Positions 1-6,815 of a stretch of 50,588 bases of DNA are shown one piece after another (positions within the stretch are counted from its first letter, which is position 1; every line of letters begins with the position of its first letter). The notes beneath the pieces were generated by a model. That model searched no databases. It saw only the letters and a list, made by a program, of their open reading frames with translations, and had not been told where the DNA came from. The DNA comes from an uncultured Gammaproteobacteria bacterium (GTDB taxonomy: Bacteria; Patescibacteriota; Patescibacteriia; UBA9934; GWF2-40-263), in contig CAYJWY010000002.1 of NCBI GenBank assembly GCA_964374035.1, positions 1-50,588 of the forward strand, written 5' to 3'. A program made the position numbers and the translations under genes.

Positions 1-56
1 CTTTCGTTTCACGGGCGCCCGCGAAACCCGGCGTTGCCGCCCCGCGGCTTTACGCC

Positions 57-102
57 GTCGACCCCACACAAGGTAGTTTCCACTCCATTGAGTGGGGTCG
101 AC
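57..102. repeat. Imperfect palindrome / stem-loop in GC-rich non-coding DNA at the window edge (11-bp arms, 24-nt loop)
   Basis: Arms 57-67 (GTCGACCCCAC) and 92-102 (GTGGGGTCGAC) are exact reverse complements. The GGGGTC..GAC arm resembles the REP core 70 nt downstream. Confidence 0.4.
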
Positions 103-170
103 AGCCCGTTCAACGAAATCTCACCATTTTTCAGAGGTCTCAAACATATGATCTGGCCGTGGTAAGATAA

Positions 171-193
171 AGTCGGTAGTCGGACCTGACCCC
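171..193 (-). repeat. REP element, single copy (AGTCGGTAGTCGGACCTGACCCC)
   Basis: Exact 23-nt match to the repeats flanking the RAYT gene (3364-3386, 4262-4284) and to both arms of the doublet at 18508-18558. Confidence 0.85.
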
Positions 194-247
194 ACAGTGT
201 CAGTTTTTTGCAGGGGATGTGGATTTTAACGTGATGTTTCAAACCCT

Positions 248-490
248 ATGTGGACGATTTACGTCATGCTTTGCAAGGACAATACATTCTACACCGGCAT
301 CACGACCGATCTGCCCGGGCGTTTGGTTGCCCACAATGCGGGTAAGGGAGCGAAGTACACGCGAGGTCGGGGGCCGATTCGTCTTGTCTGGTCGCAAACG
401 AATCTTACGCAGGGTCAGGCGCGCAAGCGCGAGGGTGAGATCAAAAAATTGACGCATCAACAGAAAGAGCTGTTGATCGAGACACGTTAA
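248..490 (+). CDS. GIY-YIG nuclease-domain protein (small UPF0213/YhbQ-like)
   Basis: 80 aa. N-terminal [16 protein letters not shown] (GIY...YTG pattern) followed by AKYTRGRGP and a conserved Glu region (REGEIKK). Confidence 0.8.
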   Translation: MWTIYVMLCKDNTFYTGITTDLPGRLVAHNAGKGAKYTRGRGPIRLVWSQTNLTQGQARKREGEIKKLTHQQKELLIETR

Positions 491-519
491 AAAAAGACGA
501 ACTCACTTCGTCTTTTTTT
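488..519. terminator. Bidirectional rho-independent terminator between convergent genes
   Basis: A-run, stem AAGACGAA (494-501), loop CTCAC, stem TTCGTCTT (507-514), T-run. It overlaps the last codons of the SET gene. Confidence 0.7.
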
Positions 520-1015
520 GTTTAGCTGTCCGCTTCTTTGCGCACGGCGAACATCGACATCCGTTCGGCTTGATGTAGACATCGTGATACTCCTGCCCAT
601 AGTCAAACGTAATTTCATCCCCCGACGTTATTTTTTTTGTCGAAAAAAGAAATACCCGATTGCCCTTGATTCGGACTTCGGTGTTTCCTTTGCAACTGTG
701 GTTGGCATAGCGCGCCGTGTTTGAGCGCATTGTTCCGACAATCGTATTGCCGTTTTCAAGTTCAAATAAATATCGACCTCCGATTTTTTGCGCTTTCTCG
801 TCGCTCATCAACGTGCCGTGATACTCGATAACAAATCGACCTTTTGGAATTTCTTCTTCTGCAAACAAACCAAGTCCTGAAGAACTTTTTCGGACGCGGA
901 GAAGAAATTGCGGTGGGCGCGGCGATGGAAACTTCATAATGAGGCCGATGATACAGGAATATGGTGATTGTGAAAAGCATTGAGTGTTGGATCTGATGAA
1001 GGTTGTTTTTTTCAC
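503..1015 (-). CDS. SET-domain protein (putative protein-lysine methyltransferase)
   Basis: Motifs GLGLFAEEEIPKGRFVIEYHG, RYANHSC (NHSC) and EITFDYG, plus a Cys-rich post-SET tail CRCSPC. The true start may be the internal ATG at 937 (MKFPSP...). Confidence 0.8.
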   Translation of the reverse strand: MKKTTFIRSNTQCFSQSPYSCIIGLIMKFPSPRPPQFLLRVRKSSSGLGLFAEEEIPKGRFVIEYHGTLMSDEKAQKIGGRYLFELENGNTIVGTMRSNTARYANHSCKGNTEVRIKGNRVFLFSTKKITSGDEITFDYGQEYHDVYIKPNGCRCSPCAKKRTAKQKKTK

Positions 1016-1058
1016 GTTTCCGTCGTAAGCTCGAAACAGCCATCAACTAGGGGGTGCC

Positions 1059-1331
1059 ATGAGTAAGCGAATCGGTGTTGTAATCGTCGATTTCCTGCAT
1101 CTGGTTTTCGAAATCACCAAGCTCGTTGTCCCAGGCGTTCTGCTGTTCGGCGTCGTTCCCTACGGCCTCTATCGTCTCACGGGTTTTCCCATCTGGGCGA
1201 CTCTGGTCATCATGCTCTTCCTTATCCTGTGTTTGATTACCTGGTACATCATCGTCACTGTTTCCGCCATCTTCAAGGCTCTCTCACACGTCGACGCTAT
1301 CCCATACGACGATCTCGAGTACGAGCCCTAA
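1059..1331 (+). CDS. Hypothetical small membrane protein (2-3 predicted TM helices, acidic C-terminus)
   Basis: 90-aa ORF with long hydrophobic stretches, followed by a terminator-like hairpin. Confidence 0.5.
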   Translation: MSKRIGVVIVDFLHLVFEITKLVVPGVLLFGVVPYGLYRLTGFPIWATLVIMLFLILCLITWYIIVTVSAIFKALSHVDAIPYDDLEYEP

Positions 1332-1350
1332 CATTTCAGCGTTTTCTCTC

Positions 1351-1373
1351 GCGCCGCATCACGGCGTTTTTTT
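1351..1373 (+). terminator. Rho-independent terminator (short stem)
   Basis: Stem CGCCG, loop CATCA, stem CGGCG, followed by T7. Confidence 0.5.
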
Positions 1374-1414
1374 GTGATATCATAGAGTGAACAATTATTA
1401 ATGTTTATGGTTGT

Positions 1415-1480
1415 ATGGCCAAGGGAATGAATGCTCGCAAGAACGTGAAGAAGCCAAAGAAGGACGCGAAGAAGAAATAA
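1415..1480 (+). CDS. Candidate 21-aa Lys-rich small ORF / leader peptide (MAKGMNARKNVKKPKKDAKKK)
   Basis: ATG..TAA read by eye, not in the ORF track. It lies 70 nt upstream of the ABC-F start. Its 3' end including the stop is enclosed by the hairpin AAGGACG (1460-1466) / CGTCCTT (1481-1487). Confidence 0.3.
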   Translation: MAKGMNARKNVKKPKKDAKKK

Positions 1481-1549
1481 CGTCCTTCACTCAATTGAAA
1501 GGGTCTGGTTTGAACTTCATCTGAGAGTAGGGGTCTGTGCTAGACTGGG

Positions 1550-3358
1550 ATGGTTATGCCAGATCCACTTGTAGAAATACGATCCATTAAAAAGACCTAC
1601 GGTTTACAGATTGTTTTGAACGATGTGTCTTTTTTGATTGCCGAAAAGCAAAAAATTGGATTGATCGGTCGAAACGGAGCAGGGAAGTCGACACTTTTAA
1701 GGATTCTGGCCGGGCTTGAGGATGCGGATGCTGGCAACGTGACGTTCTATTCGAAGACTCGGCTTGGTATTGTCGAACAAAACGAGATTCTTCCCGAGGA
1801 CGTCGACACCATCGACTATCTCGAGAAGAGGAGCGGAAAGCCGCCGTGGACGATTCGCAAGGTGGCGTCGCGGTTTGGTCTGCGAGCCGAGCATTTGGAC
1901 AAGCCTCCGACGACTCTCTCGGGAGGATACCAGATGCGCGTGAAGCTCGTTGCAATGTTGCTCGCGGAGCCAAACCTGCTTGTGCTTGATGAGCCGGTGA
2001 ACTATCTCGATTTGCAGACGCTGTTATTCCTCGAGCGCTTCTTGCAGAACTACAACGGCGCGTTCATCCTTGCGGCGCACGATCGCACGTTCTTGCAAAA
2101 TACGTGCACGACGACGTTTGAGATTGAGCGTGGAACGTTGTTGTCGTATCGAGGAACGATCTCGGAATACTTCGATGATAAGAAACAGCGACGTGAGAAT
2201 GAATTGCAGGCGAACAAAAAACTTTCCCGCGACATCGCGCATCAGCAGAAATTTGTCGATCGATTTCGTTACAAGGCAAGTCTCGCGTCGCAAGCGCAAA
2301 GTAAAATCAAACACATCGATCGGTTGCGTTCGAAAATTTCAAAGATCGACTCCGCTCTCGCAACAACGAACATTACGATTCCGTCGCCGTTGTTTGTCGC
2401 GGGCACGGCAGTGAGAGCTGAGCACTTGTCGATCGGATACGGTGACTACGTTGTTGCGAAAAACATCGACTTCGAGATCACTCGCGGCGACAAGGTGGTA
2501 ATCGCCGGTGAGAACGGTCGAGGAAAATCCACGCTACTCAAAACACTCGCTGGCCGCATTCCTGCGATCGATGGCACGTTCAAGTGGTGGCACAAGGCCG
2601 ACATTGGATACTATGATCAGAACACGGATGCAACGCTTTTTGCAAGTGAAACGGTGTTGCAAAACCTCACGCGCATGGCTCCGTTGAACGCGTCTGCGGA
2701 ACGTATTCTCATGATGGCGGGAAATTTTTTATTTCGAAACGACGACCTCGATAAAACGACAAGTGTGCTCAGCGGTGGTGAGCGCGCGCGACTGTGCCTC
2801 GCGGGTGTTTTGTTGCACGAACACAACGTCTTGCTTCTCGATGAACCGACCAACCACCTCGATGTCGAAACAACCGAAGCACTTGCAACCGCGCTCAAGG
2901 GGTATGCCGGAACCGTCATCGTCATCTCACACGCGCGCACATTCGTCGATACACTCGTCGACCGCGTCTTTGAAGTTCGTGGCGGCACACTGCGTCGTTA
3001 CATGGGTTCGTACGAGAGCTACGTTGACGATCTCGCTGAGATGACCGAAACAACGCTTCTCGAGGAAACGGAAGCGACGACGGCAACGTCGAGCGGACTG
3101 TCGTCCCAAGAGCGCGCCGATCTTCACGCAAGGATTCGGGAACATCAACGATCTCAAGCGCGAATCGACTCACAGATGAAGGTCCTTGACCGCGAGAAAG
3201 GCGAGATCCACGCCTACTTTTTCGACAACCCAACAGACTACGCGCCAGTGAAAGCACAACGCCTCGCCGAACTCGACGAGTCCCTCAGCACGCTCGAAAA
3301 GCAATGGCTCGCGGACCAAGCCTCTATCGATGCATCGAGGTTTTTGCTACAATCGTAA
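1550..3358 (+). CDS. ABC-F family ATPase (translation factor / ribosome-associated type, two ABC cassettes, no TM domain)
   Basis: Walker A GRNGAGKST and GENGRGKST, signatures LSGGYQMRV and LSGGERARL, Walker B LLVLDEP and LLLLDEP. There is an inter-domain linker and a C-terminal coiled-coil tail. Confidence 0.9.
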   Translation: MVMPDPLVEIRSIKKTYGLQIVLNDVSFLIAEKQKIGLIGRNGAGKSTLLRILAGLEDADAGNVTFYSKTRLGIVEQNEILPEDVDTIDYLEKRSGKPPWTIRKVASRFGLRAEHLDKPPTTLSGGYQMRVKLVAMLLAEPNLLVLDEPVNYLDLQTLLFLERFLQNYNGAFILAAHDRTFLQNTCTTTFEIERGTLLSYRGTISEYFDDKKQRRENELQANKKLSRDIAHQQKFVDRFRYKASLASQAQSKIKHIDRLRSKISKIDSALATTNITIPSPLFVAGTAVRAEHLSIGYGDYVVAKNIDFEITRGDKVVIAGENGRGKSTLLKTLAGRIPAIDGTFKWWHKADIGYYDQNTDATLFASETVLQNLTRMAPLNASAERILMMAGNFLFRNDDLDKTTSVLSGGERARLCLAGVLLHEHNVLLLDEPTNHLDVETTEALATALKGYAGTVIVISHARTFVDTLVDRVFEVRGGTLRRYMGSYESYVDDLAEMTETTLLEETEATTATSSGLSSQERADLHARIREHQRSQARIDSQMKVLDREKGEIHAYFFDNPTDYAPVKAQRLAELDESLSTLEKQWLADQASIDASRFLLQS

Positions 3359-3363
3359 GAGGT

Positions 3364-3386
3364 GGGGTCAGGTCCGACTACCGACT
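3364..3386 (+). repeat. REP element (left flank of RAYT)
   Basis: GGGGTCAGGTCCGACTACCGACT, starting 5 nt after the ABC-F stop codon. Confidence 0.9.
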
Positions 3387-3403
3387 TTTTAAATAATATC
3401 GTT

Positions 3404-4270
3404 ATGGCAAGACCGCTACGCGTTCAATACCCAGATGCTCTCTATCATGTCATCGCACGAGGAAATGCCTCACAAGACATCTTTCTTGATCATCGCGATC
3501 GTCAAAAGTTTTTGTCTTGGCTTGAAGACACCCTTGCGACACACAATGTTATTTGCCACGCGTACTGTCTCATGGACAACCACTATCATTTGTTGCTCGA
3601 GACGCCGTATGCAAATTTATCCGTTGCCATGCGAGATCTCAACGGTCACTATTCTCAGTGGTTTAATGTGCGTCATGAACGTGTCGGACATTTGTTTCAA
3701 GGGCGTTACAAAGCATTTGTTATCGAAAAAGAACCGTATCTTTTCGAGGTTGCTCGCTATATCGTGCTCAACCCTGTGAGAGCCGGAATAGTTGAACATC
3801 CTCGAGAGTGGAGATGGAGCAGTTATCGAGCTACGGCAGGAATCGTCGAGGCGCCAGCATGGCTGTGTGTTGACTGGCTTTTGAAAAACTTCGACGAAGA
3901 AAGGGATACCGCTCAGAAGGCCTATCGTCGCTTCGTTCTGGCTGGTATCGAGGCAGAGGATCCTTACGAACATGTCGAGCATGCGTTCATTCTCGGTACG
4001 CCGCCATTCGTTCATTGGATTTGGGAGAATCACACAAACGGTTCGGAAACATTGAAGGACTATCCACGTGAACAACGGATCGTTGGAAGGCCGACGCTGG
4101 AAGAAATTTTTTCAGGTGTCACAACAAACCGTGCACGAAATAATGCCATTATTTTTGCTCGTATTCGTTGCGGATATCTTGCGACGGAGATTGCGCCTCT
4201 TGTGAATTTAGATCCAGCAGTCGTTGGAAGAATTAGTAGAGGAACCTATAATGTGGTAAAAAGTCGGTAG
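3404..4270 (+). CDS. IS200/IS605-like Y1 (HUH) transposase of the RAYT type, with a C-terminal DnaA_C-like HTH region
   Basis: YHVIARGN, HUH motif NHYHLLLE and catalytic-Tyr motif ARYIVLNPVRAG. The C-terminus (RARNNAIIFARIRCGYLATEIAPLVNL) resembles the DnaA C-terminal HTH. I prefer the ATG at 3404; the track's GTG at 3362 lies inside the REP. The stop TAG (4268-4270) lies inside the right REP. Confidence 0.85.
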   Translation: MARPLRVQYPDALYHVIARGNASQDIFLDHRDRQKFLSWLEDTLATHNVICHAYCLMDNHYHLLLETPYANLSVAMRDLNGHYSQWFNVRHERVGHLFQGRYKAFVIEKEPYLFEVARYIVLNPVRAGIVEHPREWRWSSYRATAGIVEAPAWLCVDWLLKNFDEERDTAQKAYRRFVLAGIEAEDPYEHVEHAFILGTPPFVHWIWENHTNGSETLKDYPREQRIVGRPTLEEIFSGVTTNRARNNAIIFARIRCGYLATEIAPLVNLDPAVVGRISRGTYNVVKSR

Positions 4271-4284
4271 TCGGACCTGACCCC
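4262..4284 (-). repeat. REP element (right flank of RAYT, inverted)
   Basis: AGTCGGTAGTCGGACCTGACCCC is the exact reverse complement of 3364-3386. Confidence 0.9.
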
Positions 4285-4292
4285 ATTTCGTT

Positions 4293-5180
4293 ATGGAAGT
4301 TATTATTTTCTACAAATATACAGTGGTTTCTGATCCAAAAGGATTCGTAACGTGGTTGAAGGGGCTTTGTGAATCGATTGGGATTAAGGGTCGTATTTTG
4401 ATTGCGCGAGAGGGGATCAATGGCACGGTTGAGGGGACGCGCGATCAGCTGGATTACGTTGAGACGGCTTTGCGTGAGACGGCGTTTGGTGATTTCCGCG
4501 ATCTCTGGTTTAAGTCGAGTCCAAGCAGGGGAGATGCGTTTAGGAAGTTGAAGATCAAGGCACGCCCATTTATCTTGAACGTTGGCCTTGAGGAATCTGT
4601 CATTGATCCAAACGTGACGACGGGGAAACACATCCAGGCTGAAGAGTTGAATCAGTGGTTCGAGAACGGTGAAGATTTTGAGATCATTGATATGCGTAAC
4701 GACTATGAGTACGGCGTAGGTCGATTCAAGAATTCAGTGAATCCAAACATGAATAATTTTCGCGATCTGAAAGATGTTGTGCCGAATCTTGCGCACCTCA
4801 AACAGAAAAAAGTTCTCACGGTCTGCACGTATGGCGTGCGTTGCGAGAAGGCTTCGGGATATTTGATGCAACAAGGTTTCGAGAACGTTTATCAGCTTCA
4901 CGGCGGAATCGGAACCTACATGAAGAATTACCCTGGACAGCATTTTGACGGCTCGCTCTATGTATTTGACGCACGTATGACTGAACGTTTTACTGATCAA
5001 TACACGATTGTCGGCACATGTGTCGCGTGTAATCAAAAAAGCGAGCGCTTTGGAAATTGTGCGCGCGCGGAGTGTCATAAACAACTCATTATTTGCGAGG
5101 CGTGTACGCAAACGCCTGTCTATTGCTCTTCACGTTGCGGCCCGTTGTCTATGCTAGTTCAAACGGCTCAACCGTGCTAG
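4293..5180 (+). CDS. trhO: Rhodanese-domain tRNA uridine(34) hydroxylase (UPF0176/YceA family)
   Basis: N-terminus FYKY...GRILIAREGINGTVEG, rhodanese active-site loop CTYGVRCEK, and a C-terminal Cys-rich region. Confidence 0.8.
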   Translation: MEVIIFYKYTVVSDPKGFVTWLKGLCESIGIKGRILIAREGINGTVEGTRDQLDYVETALRETAFGDFRDLWFKSSPSRGDAFRKLKIKARPFILNVGLEESVIDPNVTTGKHIQAEELNQWFENGEDFEIIDMRNDYEYGVGRFKNSVNPNMNNFRDLKDVVPNLAHLKQKKVLTVCTYGVRCEKASGYLMQQGFENVYQLHGGIGTYMKNYPGQHFDGSLYVFDARMTERFTDQYTIVGTCVACNQKSERFGNCARAECHKQLIICEACTQTPVYCSSRCGPLSMLVQTAQPC

Positions 5181-5213
5181 AATTAGAAGGAAATACGCCA
5201 TAATCATTGTTTT

Positions 5214-6806
5214 ATGAAATGGAAAATGATTGCTTTACTGCTTGTTGTGATGGTGGGTCTTGGAGCAAGTGCGGTGGTGTTTGCAACCCAGCCGCTTAGT
5301 ACGCAAGAACTCACAGCGACGCTTATTCCCGAGCAGGGAACCGTTGAAATGAAACATGTCGGCACGGATCAGTGGATCGTGGTTGAACGAAATACAATCG
5401 TTGTCGCCGGCGATGAAGTGCGAACGGGCGTGAACAGCGAAGCCTCAATTAACTTTTTTGACCAAGGCATTGCCAGACTTGCGAGTAACACAACGATCAC
5501 GATTGCGGAGGCGCGTGTTGATGATGCGAGCTCCACGTTTACGGGTCGTGTCATGTTGCAAGGTGGAAAGGTGTGGTCAAAGCTGTTGGACTTTCTCTCG
5601 CCGAATTCTGTCTACAATGTCGAGACGGCGAGTAGTGTTGCAACTGTTCGTGGAACCTCTTTCTTTGTTCAATCTGATGGCGCTCGCAAGGAGCGATTCT
5701 TTGTTGACTCGCATCGCGTTGATGTATTTGGTGAAGGGCAGGAGGTTCGTGTCGATGAAGGCAACAGTATGCAATGGGAAATTACGGACAACATTGCCAA
5801 ACCTCTTTTTGGCAATGAGGCCGGACTTCCGGATGACGATCGTGCTTGGGTGAAGGATGTGCGTGCCAGCGATAAGAAATTTTTGAAAGACGTTCGCAAT
5901 CGCAATGTGGAGCGATTGAAGGAGTTGTCTTCGGTGCGCAAGAATGGAGGGCTTGATAAACTGATTGACGCGGCGGAAACGATTCGACTCGCCGCAACAC
6001 TCGACAATCAAACCAAGGATCAACTGGCAGAGCGATTTGCATTGCGAAAATTTGCCGTGGCAGAGCTTGCGGTGATGCAGGGAGACGCGAAAAGTCCGTC
6101 GCAACGTGAACAGGCCTTGCGTGGGTTGCGTGGTGGATTGTCTGAGGAAGGACGTCGTTCTATGGGTGTGATGCTCCGTGCCATGGTGCATCAGGATGAA
6201 GATGCTCAAGTTCCAGAGGATCTTTGGAAAGAACTTGGCGAACGTCTTCCGGAAGAGGGGAACATGCTGGATTTTGTCACAAATCGTCGTGCATTGTTTC
6301 GTGATTTGATCAAATCCGAACCCACGCTTGATCAGCCTCTTGAGCTCAGGCCGTTGACCGACACCACCACGCTCACGCCACAACCACTCGAGATTCGACC
6401 GACGACGATCGCGCCAAAACCAATGCTTGCGCCAACGCCTGTCACGCAACCGGTTGCAGGCACCACAACGATTGCGCCCTCAACAGCGACAACGACTCAA
6501 CCGGTGCCTGTTGTGCCAACCGAATTACGTCTTGTGGCGGACAAGATCAATCTGAAGAGCGGACAAACGAGCATGATTCATGCGTGGCTTGTGATGAATG
6601 ACGGAACACAAAAAGACGTTACAAAGGATGTCGTGTGGTCCGCGACGCCTGACGATCTCAGTGGTGATGTTGTTGGTGGTGTTCAGGATGGTCTGTTTAC
6701 CGCAACATCCAACGGCGGAAAGACGACGGTTCGCGCAAGTATTCGTTCGTCTGAAAAAGAATTTTCCGCAACGATTCAGATGACCGTTTTTGTGATCGCG
6801 ATGTAA
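5214..6806 (+). CDS. FecR-domain protein with N-terminal membrane anchor, Pro/Thr-rich linker and C-terminal Big_2 (Ig-like) domain
   Basis: Signal/anchor MKWKMIALLLVVMVGLGASAVVFA. FecR-like segment VVAGDEVRTGVNSEASINFFDQGIARLASNTTITI...VATVRGTSFFV. The C-terminus is Ig-like (LFTATSNGGKTTVRASI). Confidence 0.7.
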   Translation: MKWKMIALLLVVMVGLGASAVVFATQPLSTQELTATLIPEQGTVEMKHVGTDQWIVVERNTIVVAGDEVRTGVNSEASINFFDQGIARLASNTTITIAEARVDDASSTFTGRVMLQGGKVWSKLLDFLSPNSVYNVETASSVATVRGTSFFVQSDGARKERFFVDSHRVDVFGEGQEVRVDEGNSMQWEITDNIAKPLFGNEAGLPDDDRAWVKDVRASDKKFLKDVRNRNVERLKELSSVRKNGGLDKLIDAAETIRLAATLDNQTKDQLAERFALRKFAVAELAVMQGDAKSPSQREQALRGLRGGLSEEGRRSMGVMLRAMVHQDEDAQVPEDLWKELGERLPEEGNMLDFVTNRRALFRDLIKSEPTLDQPLELRPLTDTTTLTPQPLEIRPTTIAPKPMLAPTPVTQPVAGTTTIAPSTATTTQPVPVVPTELRLVADKINLKSGQTSMIHAWLVMNDGTQKDVTKDVVWSATPDDLSGDVVGGVQDGLFTATSNGGKTTVRASIRSSEKEFSATIQMTVFVIAM

Positions 6807-6815
6807 CGAACGGTT

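Larger units (their letters stand above)
3364..4284 (+). mobile_element. REP-associated tyrosine transposase (RAYT) unit: Y1 transposase gene bracketed by exact inverted REPs
   Basis: GGGGTCAGGTCCGACTACCGACT+TTTT at 3364-3390 and its perfect reverse complement at 4258-4284. The HUH/Y1 transposase ORF lies between them. Confidence 0.85.

Noticed and set aside
23-33. GAAACCCGGCG, resembling the conserved RNase P RNA P4 3' strand (ACAGAAxCCGGCTTA).
   Set aside because: Only a partial match, since the ACA and CTTA flanks are missing. The rest of the RNA would lie outside the window and cannot be evaluated.
9-460. ORFs 9-242(-), 219-452(+) and 239-460(-).
   Set aside because: They overlap the REP copy or the well-supported GIY-YIG ORF (248-490), and their translations are low-complexity with no motifs.
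3362-3403. GTG start at 3362 for the transposase ORF (MGSGPTTDFLNNIV...).
   Set aside because: These codons are the REP sequence itself. The same peptide also appears in the antisense ORF 4233-4631, so it is a repeat artefact. The ATG at 3404 gives the conserved MARPLRV... N-terminus.
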